Shown: positions 50,494-61,231 of the stretch, piece by piece
Numbering within the stretch: position 1 is the first letter of the stretch
How the letters are laid out: each line of letters starts with the position of its first letter
Assembly: GCA_977020255.1 (NCBI GenBank)
Contig: CDROCS010002422.1
Location: 248,001-312,000 of the forward strand
Reading direction: 5' to 3'
Length of the DNA: 64,000 nt
Origin: Obrimoposthia wandeli
Taxonomy: Eukaryota
Notes under the pieces: generated by a model
Database searches by the model: none
Told to the model about the DNA's origin: nothing
Seen by the model: the letters and a program-made list of their open reading frames with translations, nothing else
Translations under genes and position numbers: made by a program

Positions 50494-51576
50494 TTATTTA
50501 GCGCGTGGATCAAAAACTTTGTACAGTAAATCGGATGTTAAATTTAGCAAAATAAACACTAACCCAACCACAATAGTCCCGCCTAATACGGCGTTCATAT
50601 CAGCAGCTAATAAACCATCGGTAATGTAACGGCCTAATCCCGGCCATGAAAAAACGATTTCTGTCAGCACAGAACCTTCTAGTAATGTGGCATAAGTGAG
50701 TGCGATAACGGTGATTAATGGCACCCACGCATTACCTAAAGCGTGTCGCCAAATAATTTGTGTTTCGCTAACCCCTTTCACGCGGGCTGTTGTGATGTAT
50801 TCCTGCTGAAGCTGATCCAACATGAAAGAGCGTGTCATACGGCTTAAATAAGCAATACTGTAATAAGAAAGTAATGATGCGGGCAATATAATGTGGGCGA
50901 AGGCATCTTTAAACGCTTCCCAATCACCTGCTATAGCCGTATCAATTAATACCATGTTAGTCACTTTTGGCAGCATGTATTCATACATCACACTTAAGCG
51001 GCCCTCTGGTGCGGCAACCCAATCTAAGTGTTGATAAAAAACCACGATACCCATCATCGCTAACCAAAAAATTGGCGCACTGTGGCCAATTAAACCAAAA
51101 AATCGCACTAAATAATCGGGCCATTGGTTTTGCTTAACTGCGGCTAACACGCCAATGGGCACGCCGAGTAAAACACCAAAAATAGTGGCCAGTGTTGCCA
51201 GCTCTAAAGTGGCGGGAAAATAGTTGAGTATATCTTCAGTAACTAAATTGCCAGTGCGCACTGAAGTGCCCAAATCGCCTTTTAATACTCCACCTAAATA
51301 ATAGCCAAATTGCACTACAATCGGCTTATCTAAACCCATTTCTTTATAGGTTTTTTGATAGAGCGCTTCCGGCGCTTTATCCCCTATCACTGCAAGCACA
51401 GGGTCTGTTGGCATCAAGCGGCCAATCACAAACGTCAGTAGTAATAAACCGATAAAAGTCATCAGTAACATACTAAAGAAATGGATAATTGGTTTAGCTT
51501 TTTTAGAATAAAAAGAAGAAAAGAATGTAGAAAAAAAGACGGCCAGAGTGCCGTCTTTGTGATTAGATGCTGACAT
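50494..51576 (-). CDS. Peptide ABC transporter permease (DppB-like)
   Basis: PTDPV, GDLGTS, PATLEL, YITTARVKG, EIVFSWPGLG, SDLLYKVFDPR. Confidence 0.93.
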   Translation of the reverse strand: MSASNHKDGTLAVFFSTFFSSFYSKKAKPIIHFFSMLLMTFIGLLLLTFVIGRLMPTDPVLAVIGDKAPEALYQKTYKEMGLDKPIVVQFGYYLGGVLKGDLGTSVRTGNLVTEDILNYFPATLELATLATIFGVLLGVPIGVLAAVKQNQWPDYLVRFFGLIGHSAPIFWLAMMGIVVFYQHLDWVAAPEGRLSVMYEYMLPKVTNMVLIDTAIAGDWEAFKDAFAHIILPASLLSYYSIAYLSRMTRSFMLDQLQQEYITTARVKGVSETQIIWRHALGNAWVPLITVIALTYATLLEGSVLTEIVFSWPGLGRYITDGLLAADMNAVLGGTIVVGLVFILLNLTSDLLYKVFDPRAK

Positions 51577-53180
51577 TATTTCTTCACGACATCTTTATAA
51601 GAGTTGCTATCAAACGATGGGCCTAATACATAACCTTCTATATTAGCACGTAATCCAGACACTTCTTGCTCTTGCATGATAAAGGCAAAAGGCGCACTTT
51701 TTTGGTGAGCTTTTTGAATCGCTAAATACATCTTAGCGCGCTTACCTGCATCTGGTTCTAATACCGCTGCCAAAGTATCTTTGGTCATTTGCTCAGGTGC
51801 ATAAGCATTACGCCATGCTACCGGCTTAGATTTAGCGTTATCGCCATTATCTAAGTTTTTAGCAAACGTATCAGCGTTGGTGTGCGGATCTTGATAATCA
51901 GGTCCCCAAGCACCAAAGAACAACTGATGCTTACGTGCACGATACACGGTTAATACTTGCTTGCCATCCATTGGAATTAACTTAACTTTGATGCCAGCTT
52001 TAGCAAAAGTAGTTTGGATAGATTTTGCAGTATCAATACGAATCGGTGCATTTCGTACAATCAATTCAACTTCAAAACCATCAGGGTAGCCAGCTTGGGC
52101 TAACAATCCTTTGGCCTTTTCAACGTTTAGTGAGAAAGGTTGTTCCTCTAACGCACCGAGGAAGCCCTTAGGTAAAAACGCTTGCTGAACTTGGCCGCGC
52201 CCCGCCCAAACAGTATCTTCTAAGCCTTTATAATCGACTAAGTATTTTAGTGCTTCTTGCACTTGCGGCTTAGCTAAAATAGGATCTTTTAAGTTCATTG
52301 ATAAATAATAAAGAGAACCTTTACCTTTTTTCAACAACTTGATTTCTTTGTTGTCGGCAACGCTTTTTAACTGCTCTGTTTCTAAGTTACGAGCAATATC
52401 GATATCACCTTTTTCTAGCAATAGCTGCTGTACTGAAGACTCACCAATGTGACGAATAAAGACATTCTTCATTGCTGGCGCACCGCCCCAATAATCTTTA
52501 TTGGCACTGAGTACTACAATTTCAGAAGGCTTCCACTGTTCAATTTTAAACGGACCTGATCCTGCATAGTTTTTACGTAACCATGCAAAACCCAAATCAC
52601 CATCGGCTTCATGCTTCATCACTTCTGTTTTATCAACAATTGAAGCGATCGTCGCTGTTAGGCAATACAACACAAAAGTCGGCGCGTAAGCTTTATCAGT
52701 AGTAATGGTTAAGGTTTTAGCATCCACTGCTTTAATTTGATCTTTGACGTTTTCAGCGGTGAAACCGAATTGGCTCAAGATAAAGGCAGGTGATTTATTT
52801 AACACAATGGCGCGCTGTAATGAAAACGCAGCATCTTCTGCGGTCATTTCATTGCCTGATGAAAATTTGATACCGCTGCGCATTTTGAAAGTAAATGTTT
52901 TACCGTCATCGCTCACTGTCCAACTTTCAGCGGCGACACCAAAAATTTTCGAAACATCATCTGGATCATAACCAATTAAGCGGTCATAAGTGTTACCGGT
53001 AATTTCAGCGCCGGAAAACTCAAATACTTCTGCTGTATCTAAAGTAATGATGTCATCAAATTGCCAACCGACCACTAATGAATCTTTAGGCGTTGCAGCC
53101 AACACAGCTGTGCTTGTTAATGCCAACACTAAACCTGTCATCCCTGCTAGGCGTCGTGCTCTGTTAAAAAGTAACTTCAT
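51576..53180 (-). CDS. Peptide ABC transporter substrate-binding protein (family 5, DppA-like)
   Basis: Signal peptide ending AVLA, AESWTVSDDG, GSGPFK, KAKGLLAQAGYPDGF; ATG at 53180 after GGAGG. Confidence 0.93.
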   Translation of the reverse strand: MKLLFNRARRLAGMTGLVLALTSTAVLAATPKDSLVVGWQFDDIITLDTAEVFEFSGAEITGNTYDRLIGYDPDDVSKIFGVAAESWTVSDDGKTFTFKMRSGIKFSSGNEMTAEDAAFSLQRAIVLNKSPAFILSQFGFTAENVKDQIKAVDAKTLTITTDKAYAPTFVLYCLTATIASIVDKTEVMKHEADGDLGFAWLRKNYAGSGPFKIEQWKPSEIVVLSANKDYWGGAPAMKNVFIRHIGESSVQQLLLEKGDIDIARNLETEQLKSVADNKEIKLLKKGKGSLYYLSMNLKDPILAKPQVQEALKYLVDYKGLEDTVWAGRGQVQQAFLPKGFLGALEEQPFSLNVEKAKGLLAQAGYPDGFEVELIVRNAPIRIDTAKSIQTTFAKAGIKVKLIPMDGKQVLTVYRARKHQLFFGAWGPDYQDPHTNADTFAKNLDNGDNAKSKPVAWRNAYAPEQMTKDTLAAVLEPDAGKRAKMYLAIQKAHQKSAPFAFIMQEQEVSGLRANIEGYVLGPSFDSNSYKDVVKK

Positions 53181-53282
53181 AGTACCTCCGAATATTATTT
53201 TTATTACTAGCTTACACGGCACTTAACGAAACCGATAAGTGCATCGTATTTGAATTCTTAAACTCATGTTAAACAGTATCGA

Positions 53283-54257
53283 TTAGTTCCAAACTCGCTT
53301 TGCCGCATCACGCATATTACCGCCATAAATTGCTGCAATGTGCTCTTGAGTATAACCGCGTTGCTGTAACAGTGGCGTCATCTCTAAAAAACGCTCAGGT
53401 GGTGCGTATAATATATTAAGAAATCCTTCACTGGCTTTATTGTAACCATATTGCGGCGGCCACCAATGCTTGAGATCTAAACCTTCTGGGCCATGATCTA
53501 AATGTGCGTCGTAGACATAATCTAAACCTAAACCAACGTGTTGCGGGCCAAGTAACTGTACTGCGTAATCAATGGCTTCTACCATGCTTTGCGCACTTGC
53601 TTGGCTATCGCTTAAAAAGCGTGAAACACCATTAATACAAACTACACCGCCGGTCGCAGCACAAGCTTGTAATTGATCATCTAAATAATTGCGAGCATGA
53701 TCTTTAACCGCTCTTGGATTACCATGGCTGATGATGACAGGCTTATCTGAATATTCAAAAATATCCATACTGGTGCGATAGCCCGTGTGGGAGACGTCCA
53801 TAAAAATTTTATTGGCATTAATAGCATCAACAATGGCTCTGCCTTTTACCGTTAAGCCTTGCTCTTGATCATGACAACCGCCTGCTAATGAGTTATTGCG
53901 GTTATAAGCTAAATGAATTTGGCGTACCCCTAATGATGCGAGTAAATCGACCATTGCCGGGCTTTCACACAAGGGGACTCCCCCTTCTAAATCAAAAGAG
54001 ATAGCCAGTTTGCCTGTCTGTTGCGCGCGGATTACATCGGCAAAGCTATCTACTTGAATTAAGAAATCGAGTTCACTGATACGGCGGCGAAAGCCAGCGA
54101 TTATTTGAATAATATCTGCAAGCGGGTTGAAATCCATACCGATGTTGATTGAAATATAATAAGCACCGCAGTCAATATGGCGCTGTAATGAAGCTAAGTC
54201 GTATTCTGCAAATAATGGTACACAGGTATGTGCATCCCAAACAGGTATCGCGTCCAC
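53283..54257 (-). CDS. Membrane/renal dipeptidase family (M19) protein
   Basis: DAHTC, FDLEGG, LAYNRNN, DVSH, ISHGNP, RNYLDD, HVGLGLDY, GGN. Confidence 0.88.
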   Translation of the reverse strand: MDAIPVWDAHTCVPLFAEYDLASLQRHIDCGAYYISINIGMDFNPLADIIQIIAGFRRRISELDFLIQVDSFADVIRAQQTGKLAISFDLEGGVPLCESPAMVDLLASLGVRQIHLAYNRNNSLAGGCHDQEQGLTVKGRAIVDAINANKIFMDVSHTGYRTSMDIFEYSDKPVIISHGNPRAVKDHARNYLDDQLQACAATGGVVCINGVSRFLSDSQASAQSMVEAIDYAVQLLGPQHVGLGLDYVYDAHLDHGPEGLDLKHWWPPQYGYNKASEGFLNILYAPPERFLEMTPLLQQRGYTQEHIAAIYGGNMRDAAKRVWN

Positions 54258-54601
54258 GCTTTAATTCCTTTTATTATCTTTAATAACTTCTATTATATTT
54301 ATGATATTAAACTTAATATGTTTTAGCTTTAAAGTATATTCTTTTATACATACTGTCTAGCTCAGCTGCAATTGTCAACAACAGACCTGAGATTAATATA
54401 CCTTTAGGATCAACATATTGTGAAGTTTTAAAACTACTTTATTACGCTAAGTTAAGCTATATCGCACTCAACCGCAATTAACCCAAACGATCCATATGCA
54501 GTATATAAATAACACAAAAAGTGATTTGCATCATTACTACCCTTAATTGCTTCAGCTAATTACTACAGTTACTTTTTTAAAGTTAAGCCTTTGTTTTAAG
54601 T

Positions 54602-54642
54602 CTTGTAGCAATTCCTCAATAAGCACTGCAATTTTTTACAAG
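54602..54642 (+). promoter_or_regulatory. Possible AraC-family operator upstream of ltaE
   Basis: GCAATT direct repeats 20 bp apart (54608, 54628) inside CTTGTA...TACAAG; an AraC gene lies in the same cluster. Confidence 0.3.
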
Positions 54643-54712
54643 GCAAGCACATAACTCTCATGCATAATAGCGAATAACAAAATCGCATTTCAATTTCTAC
54701 AGGATTAAAACC

Positions 54713-55795
54713 ATGAACTCAGCCGCTACGCAGGCAACCGCTTTAAATACCAACTTTGGCAGTGATAATACCGCTGGCGCATCACAACAAATTCTTGAAG
54801 CTTTGATCAATTGCAACCAAGGCGCGGCTGCACCTTACGGAAACGATGAATATAGCGAGCAAGTAGAGCAGCGTTTAAGTGAGATATTTGAATGCCCTGT
54901 CAGTGTTTTTATCGTATCAACAGGCTCAGCTGCTAACGCACTCTCTTTAAGTTTACTCACCCCACCTTGGGGCAATATTTTGTGCCATGTTGATAGCCAT
55001 ATCAATAATGATGAATGCGCCGCACCAGAGTTTTTTAGCGGAGCGAAGCTAGTTACTTCTACTAGCGGTGATGTTGAAGATAAAAGCAGCAAGCTTGATC
55101 CACAACAACTACTTGCTCAGTGCAGCCACAAAAACGGCGATGTTCATTCAACGCAAGCCACTTGTGTCAGTATTTCTCAAGTGACCGAAACGGGCAGCAT
55201 TTATACCCTCGACGAAATAAATACTATTGGTGACATTTGCCACGATAAAGGCTTGAAACTGCATATGGATGGCGCACGTTTCGCCAATGCACTAGTCGCT
55301 TTAGATTGCACGCCTGCACAAATGACCTGGAAATCAGGTGTTGATATTCTCTCTTTCGGCGCCAGCAAAAATGGCGCATTAAGTGCAGAAGCAATCATTT
55401 TGTTCGATCAAAGTTACAAACAGGAACTAGGCTATAGGCGCAAGCGTGCCGGTCATTTGTGCTCTAAAATGCGCTTTCAAGCTGCGCAACTTCAAGCATA
55501 CTTACAAGATGATTTATGGCTAAAAAATGCCCAGCAAGCGAATGCAATGGCTCAGCGATTAGCCACCGGCTTACAAGCAATTAGCGCTGTACAAATCCAA
55601 GGCAACGTTGAAGCGAATATCATTTTTTGTGCAATGCCTGAAGCGCTTTTTGTAGCACTGCAAGCACAAGGTTTTTACTTTTATGGTGGCCGTTGGGGCA
55701 AAGATATTTGTCGTTTAGTGACTTCTTTTGCAACCACAACGGCTGATGTAGATCATTTGATTGAGCAATGCACTAAACTAGCAGCCACCATTTAA
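54713..55795 (+). CDS. ltaE: Low-specificity L-threonine aldolase (Pseudomonas type)
   Basis: [37 protein letters not shown] (PLP-Lys), RLVTSF. Confidence 0.88.
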   Translation: MNSAATQATALNTNFGSDNTAGASQQILEALINCNQGAAAPYGNDEYSEQVEQRLSEIFECPVSVFIVSTGSAANALSLSLLTPPWGNILCHVDSHINNDECAAPEFFSGAKLVTSTSGDVEDKSSKLDPQQLLAQCSHKNGDVHSTQATCVSISQVTETGSIYTLDEINTIGDICHDKGLKLHMDGARFANALVALDCTPAQMTWKSGVDILSFGASKNGALSAEAIILFDQSYKQELGYRRKRAGHLCSKMRFQAAQLQAYLQDDLWLKNAQQANAMAQRLATGLQAISAVQIQGNVEANIIFCAMPEALFVALQAQGFYFYGGRWGKDICRLVTSFATTTADVDHLIEQCTKLAATI

Positions 55796-55814
55796 AACTG
55801 GCCTTAGCAGTCTC

Positions 55815-56669
55815 ATGAAAGATTTTGTCACCTATTCGCGAGTCACTGATACTCCCGGATTAATACTGAGTACCGGCTTATATTCGCAGTTCGAATTTAA
55901 ACCGCACTACCATTTAGACTATCACTTAGGGGTGATAGTTGACGGTGTACAAAAGCAAAAAATAAACGGTACTAGCCAGCTCTTTGGCCCCGGCTGTATT
56001 TCTGTGGTACCGCCAGATCAGTTACACGATGGCAGCACTTATGCCTTAGCTGACAATGGCGATCAGTACACATTAAGAACCTTCCGTATTTCAGCCTCTA
56101 TGATCGACTCATATTTGGCTGATATCTTTGGGTTGCGCAACGTGCCAGGCTTTTACGGCGCATTAATTGAAAACAGCGCCATTGCCCACAACTTATTAAA
56201 TTTACACCGGTTGATGAGCCAGGCAAAGCTTGATTTAAAGCAGCCCGATGATGACAAAGCGCCTTTCGCTCAATTGTTTATCGAAGAGACATTAATTCAG
56301 TTATTAGAACCTTTGTTTCTCAAATTGGGCGGCGTTAAACCTCAGGCTATCAATGGTGGATTAGCATGGCGAGATTGGCTAAAAGTGCGTGAGTACTGCC
56401 ATGAGAACCTACATGATAAAATCGTTTTAACCACCCTAGCTGATTTATGCGGCCTCAGTAAATTCCAATTTTTACGCCATTTTGAAATCACTACCGGTTT
56501 AACCCCAAGGGCGTGGCTAATCAGATTAAGGTTAGAACGCGCCTGTGAATTAATGAAATTTAAACCCGAAAACTTATCGCAAATAGCCAGCGAAGTAGGC
56601 TTCTATGATCAAAGCCATTTTAACCGCGCTTTTCGCCAAGCTTTCGGTGTATCACCCTCTAATTACTAA
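55815..56669 (+). CDS. AraC family transcriptional regulator
   Basis: Cupin with PHYHLDYH, double HTH ending GFYDQSHFNRAFRQAFGVSP. Confidence 0.92.
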   Translation: MKDFVTYSRVTDTPGLILSTGLYSQFEFKPHYHLDYHLGVIVDGVQKQKINGTSQLFGPGCISVVPPDQLHDGSTYALADNGDQYTLRTFRISASMIDSYLADIFGLRNVPGFYGALIENSAIAHNLLNLHRLMSQAKLDLKQPDDDKAPFAQLFIEETLIQLLEPLFLKLGGVKPQAINGGLAWRDWLKVREYCHENLHDKIVLTTLADLCGLSKFQFLRHFEITTGLTPRAWLIRLRLERACELMKFKPENLSQIASEVGFYDQSHFNRAFRQAFGVSPSNY

Positions 56670-56805
56670 GCACTTTTAGCTGGCTTTATTCCTCAATAAA
56701 ACGCTTCAAACCAAATAGATACAATTTTATCTGTTCGCATATAGCAATGCAGTATATGATCTTTGGATCGTTTAAAATCATACATAATTAACACAAGAGA
56801 AATCC

Positions 56806-57738
56806 ATGTTAGATCGCAAAGCCATTGACAGCCAAGCTGTCTCTCTCATGCTGCTATTAAGCATGGTATGGGGAATGCAGCAAGTCGCCTTAAAAATTGC
56901 CGCACCTGATATGGCACCGCTACTACAGATTGTCTTTCGCTCTGCCATTGCGGCTATTTTAGTGGGCGCGATTATCTTTTTTCGTCCACAAAAGATGCAG
57001 ATATCAGGTGTGTGGGTTCCGGGTCTTATCGCTGGTTTATTTTTCTCCCTAGAATATTTTTTTGTCGGCGCCAGCTTGCATTATACTAGTGCATCGCACG
57101 TTACCGTATTCCTGTATAGCGCCCCTATCTTTGTCGCCCTTGCTCTGCACTTTATTGATGAAAAAGAAAAACTTAGCCCGATACAGTGGCTGGGGATTGG
57201 CTTAGCTTTCTCTGGCATCGCCTGCACATTTTTACTGCGAGATAACAGTATGAATCCGGCAGCTGCGCAAATTTTATGGGGAGATTTTCTCGCTCTATTA
57301 GCGGGTGCTAGCTGGGGAGCCGTTACTATTTGTGTTCGCAGTACTAAGCTCAGCTCTATACCTGCTGCGCAAACGCTCTTTTATCAACTGGTGGTCGCTA
57401 CTGTAGTACTAGGCATTAGCGCGGTAGTCACTGATCAAACCAGTTTTGCAATGACAGCTGTTGTCGCCACCAGTTTATTATACCAAGGCGTTATCGTCTG
57501 CAGCTTAAGCTTTTTAATTTGGTATTGGTTATTGCGCCAATACCCAGCTTCTCAGTTAGGCGTGTTTTCTTTTGTCACGCCTCTATTTGGTATTATATTT
57601 GGTGTTTGGCTATTAAATGAAACGCTGGAGAGTAACTTTATAGGAGGAGCGTCACTGGTTTTAATCGGTATTGCTTTAGTCACATTACGTCGCAAAACGA
57701 TACAAAACTTGCGTGTTAAATTTACACGAGGGGTATAA
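56806..57738 (+). CDS. DMT (EamA) family transporter
   Basis: Ten TM segments in two EamA repeats (WGMQQVALK, FLYSAP, FVTPLFGIIFGVWLLNE). Confidence 0.9.
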   Translation: MLDRKAIDSQAVSLMLLLSMVWGMQQVALKIAAPDMAPLLQIVFRSAIAAILVGAIIFFRPQKMQISGVWVPGLIAGLFFSLEYFFVGASLHYTSASHVTVFLYSAPIFVALALHFIDEKEKLSPIQWLGIGLAFSGIACTFLLRDNSMNPAAAQILWGDFLALLAGASWGAVTICVRSTKLSSIPAAQTLFYQLVVATVVLGISAVVTDQTSFAMTAVVATSLLYQGVIVCSLSFLIWYWLLRQYPASQLGVFSFVTPLFGIIFGVWLLNETLESNFIGGASLVLIGIALVTLRRKTIQNLRVKFTRGV

Positions 57739-58024
57739 TATAAAGTAGTCAGCATCTTAATGCGTAAAGTAATAAAACCCTTAGGATTGGAAGGAAGTAT
57801 AATAGCTTTGAAAACTGCCAAACTTCAAAGCAGTCAGTACCCTTCTAAAAATGATTATCGATAGCCCAAGTGAACTGCTTATGCACTACATTCAGACTTG
57901 TATTAATAATTGTTTAACCCACTGACACGCACTTTTATTGATTAACCATTAATTGTTAGATAAATGGCATTTTTTCGACTCTTTACTGTCGAAGCTTAAA
58001 ATTATATTTAGTATTAGGTGATTT

Positions 58025-58492
58025 ATGAAACATTTCAACAAATTATATCTTTTAGTTGCCGCGCTGTTGCTCTTAACTGGTTGTGCTAGCAATTTAACCG
58101 GTGACAACTATTCAGCTTCTGAAGCGAGAAAAGTCCAAGAAGTCAGTTTTGGAGTTATTATCGCGCAGCGCCCTGTCATCATAGATGGACGCCAAAATGG
58201 CCTATTAGGTACAGCTGCCGGTGGTGTATTAGGTGGTGTTATTGCCAGTAATGTTGGTGGCGGATCAGGCAAAGATGTTGCCACTGGTATTGGTGCGGTT
58301 ATCGGTGGGATTTTAGGGCAAAAACTTGAAGAAACAGCCACGCGCAAGCAAGGCCAAGAGCTAACTATTCGCCTAGATACAGGCAATACAATTTCTATTG
58401 TACAACAAGTTAGCCAAGCCAACTTTTTTGCTGATAATGATCGTGTGAAAATACTAGGCCAAGGCCAAACAGTAAGAGTAAGCCATTACTAA
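58025..58492 (+). CDS. slyB: Outer-membrane lipoprotein, SlyB/Pcp family (glycine zipper 2TM)
   Basis: Lipobox LLLTGC, glycine zipper, TIRLDTG...VQQ, DRVKI. Confidence 0.85.
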   Translation: MKHFNKLYLLVAALLLLTGCASNLTGDNYSASEARKVQEVSFGVIIAQRPVIIDGRQNGLLGTAAGGVLGGVIASNVGGGSGKDVATGIGAVIGGILGQKLEETATRKQGQELTIRLDTGNTISIVQQVSQANFFADNDRVKILGQGQTVRVSHY

Positions 58493-58629
58493 ACTCTTTC
58501 GCTTAATCACGCTTAATACCATTTTGTCGCTATTATGGCAGAATGGTTATTCTTGACTTCGACCTTAAACACTCCTTCAACCTACACTTTCTCTCACTTG
58601 TACCGTCTTTAACCTAAAGCTTCTTTGAT

Positions 58630-59907
58630 TTACAATCCAAAACGCTGCGGACTAAACGCTTTTGCAAAATCATCACACGGCTGCGCACAAAGCAAATTCG
58701 CTAAAATCTCTGCTGAACCAGGCCCCGTTGAAAACCCAATATGTTGATGCCCTGTATTGAGCCATAACCCGGCTAATTTGCTGGCGCCTATTACCGGTAA
58801 GCTATCAGGCATAGTCGGGCGTGCACCTTGCCATTGGGATAGTTGAGCCTCACCAAAGGTTAAACCTTGGCGCGCATTGTGCTCGGCAATATCTAGCTGC
58901 GTATTACTATGCTCTGCAAGATGGTGGTTAAGCTCAACGCCACAACTCACTCTCAGCCCATTAGCCGTTGGCGATGCGACAAAACTACCTTCAATATCAT
59001 GAATAGGTAAGCTCAAGGCGGTTGTCTGCGTATTCGCATATTCTCGATGACCGCCACGTTCAAACAGCATTGGCAATTTAATACCTAACTGTTCCAACAA
59101 CTGCTTAGACCAAGGCCCTGTGGCTATCACTAATTGTTTACAACTAATCGACTGCTCTGAATCAGAGCTTTTTACATTAGGAATTTCTAAACCTGAGCCT
59201 TTAAGCAGCCAGCGTGTATCTTGTTTTTGGATACTTTCAACTTGTAACTGTAGTAACTCACCGCCACCACGCACAAACTCATCCGCGTAGCCGTTCACCA
59301 AAGCACTTGGGCTAGCAACAGATAGTGCATCTTCAATCAATACTGCTTTTTGGTAAATGGCTTTTAAACGCGGTTCAACAGTTAATATTTCGTCATTGTC
59401 CAATACCTTAGTACTGACATTATATTGCTGATAAATATCTTGCTCATATTGCGCATTATGGTAACTTTTTGCTTGGCGATACAGCTTTAACCAGCCGCTA
59501 TAACGAAGGTTTTCAGCGCAACTTGCCTTAGCTGCTTGTTCAATATGTAGTTCAGCAGAACGCTCAATTAGCTGATATAGGCTATGCACGCGCTGCTTAG
59601 TTGAAGCTTCTTTCGCGAAGGATATGAACTTTAATAACGTCATCATTTCGCTAAAAGCATAATTTAAGTTATAGCGAAAACCATCGCTTTTATTCCCCAT
59701 AAACCCAGGCAGCGCTTTAATTAAGCGCGGGTTATTGATAGGAATTAACGAGCTTGGTGTAATAATACCTGCATTGCCAAACGAGGTTTCGGAACCAGGT
59801 TTAGCACTGTCAATTAATGTCACTTGCAAACCTTTTTTTTGCAGCGCTAAAGCGCTGCAAACACCGATCATACCGGCACCTAACACAACTACATCTTTAT
59901 TTTTCAT
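58630..59907 (-). CDS. FAD-dependent oxidoreductase, D-amino acid dehydrogenase (DAO/DadA) family
   Basis: VVLGAGMIG, ETSFGNAG, W.GARPTMPDSLPVIG, TGHQHIGFSTGP. Confidence 0.88.
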   Translation of the reverse strand: MKNKDVVVLGAGMIGVCSALALQKKGLQVTLIDSAKPGSETSFGNAGIITPSSLIPINNPRLIKALPGFMGNKSDGFRYNLNYAFSEMMTLLKFISFAKEASTKQRVHSLYQLIERSAELHIEQAAKASCAENLRYSGWLKLYRQAKSYHNAQYEQDIYQQYNVSTKVLDNDEILTVEPRLKAIYQKAVLIEDALSVASPSALVNGYADEFVRGGGELLQLQVESIQKQDTRWLLKGSGLEIPNVKSSDSEQSISCKQLVIATGPWSKQLLEQLGIKLPMLFERGGHREYANTQTTALSLPIHDIEGSFVASPTANGLRVSCGVELNHHLAEHSNTQLDIAEHNARQGLTFGEAQLSQWQGARPTMPDSLPVIGASKLAGLWLNTGHQHIGFSTGPGSAEILANLLCAQPCDDFAKAFSPQRFGL

Positions 59908-59914
59908 AAATATG

Positions 59915-61222
59915 CTAAGGTCTTACCCGCATTTGCTCAGGTAGCCAAGTGGCTAATTCAGGAAGCGCTATTAATACAAATATCATTAATAACATAATCA
60001 AAAACATCGGCACTGCAGTACGTGCTATATAACCAATCTGGTAGCCTGTCATGCCTTGTAGTACAAATAGATTGAAACCGATTGGCGGGGTAATTTGCGC
60101 CATTTCAACCACGACTACGATGAAGATCCCAAACCATATTAAATCAATACCCGCTTGGCGAATCATCGGTTCAACAATCGCAATGGTCAATACCACCGCT
60201 GAGATACCATCAAGAAAACAGCCAATTATAATATAAAACACCAACAGCGCCATTAGCAGCTCAAAGCGGCTTAGCTCTAATGTTGCAATCCATTCGGCTA
60301 ACGCTCTCGGTAGTCCTGTAAAGCCCATAGAAAGCGACAAGAAAGATGCACCCATAAGAATAAGTGCAATCATGGCTGAAGTACCTACCGCGCCAAAAAG
60401 GCTCGCTTTAAAAGTACTTCGCGTCATAGAGCCTTGCACTGTTGCTAAAATAAGCGCACCTATCACACCAAAAGATGCCGCTTCTGTAGCCGTTGCAATA
60501 CCTGTGTACATCGAGCCAATAACAAACAGCACCAACATTAAGACCGGTATTAAAAAACGTGAAGCCGCTAGTTTTTGTTTAAGCGTTTTTGCGCTATCAA
60601 CGATGATATCTTGATGACCCATACACAGTGAGTAAACCACCACATACAGCATAAATAGCGATGCTAAAATTAAGCCTGGCACTATGCCTGCCAAAAACAA
60701 CTTTGAGATCGATTCGTTAATTGTCACGCCGTACACAATCAGCGTTAACGAAGGTGGAATCATTAATCCTAATGTTGCAGCCCCGGCCAAAGTACCTATG
60801 ATCAAATGTCTGGGATAGTTTCTTTTTTCCAATTCAGGAATCGACATCTTACCAACAGTGGTTAACGTTGCTGCTGAGGAGCCTGACACGGCGGCAAAAA
60901 TAGTACAGCCAACAATATTGGTATGTAATAAACCACCAGGCAAGCCCGACATCCAAGGGGAAAGCCCCTTAAATAAATCTTGTGAGAGCTTGGTGCGAAA
61001 CAGTATTTCACCCATCCATATAAACAGCGGTAAAGCCGTTAGTGACCAACTGGTTGAAGACGCCCAAATAACCGTAAGCATCGCATCACCAGAGGGTCGT
61101 GAAGTGAACAATTCAATACCAACAATAGCCACCCCCATTAAGGCGAAACCTACCCATACTCCAGTACCTAACAGTAAAAAGAGTACAAACAAAAAAATTG
61201 AGATTAGTCCAATATGTTCCAT
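59915..61222 (-). CDS. dctM: TRAP transporter large permease
   Basis: ALPLFIWMG, AAVSGSS, LGLMIPPS, ITPPIGFNLFV. Confidence 0.93.
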   Translation of the reverse strand: MEHIGLISIFLFVLFLLLGTGVWVGFALMGVAIVGIELFTSRPSGDAMLTVIWASSTSWSLTALPLFIWMGEILFRTKLSQDLFKGLSPWMSGLPGGLLHTNIVGCTIFAAVSGSSAATLTTVGKMSIPELEKRNYPRHLIIGTLAGAATLGLMIPPSLTLIVYGVTINESISKLFLAGIVPGLILASLFMLYVVVYSLCMGHQDIIVDSAKTLKQKLAASRFLIPVLMLVLFVIGSMYTGIATATEAASFGVIGALILATVQGSMTRSTFKASLFGAVGTSAMIALILMGASFLSLSMGFTGLPRALAEWIATLELSRFELLMALLVFYIIIGCFLDGISAVVLTIAIVEPMIRQAGIDLIWFGIFIVVVVEMAQITPPIGFNLFVLQGMTGYQIGYIARTAVPMFLIMLLMIFVLIALPELATWLPEQMRVRP

Positions 61223-61231
61223 TAAAATACT

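Noticed and set aside
3807-53222. ORF-track extended N-termini for aroB, pilO, DUF971, GMC fusion, hisF, the PLP enzyme and the peptide SBP
   Set aside because: Downstream starts fit family N-termini better, and several have a visible RBS, so the features use the shorter coordinates.
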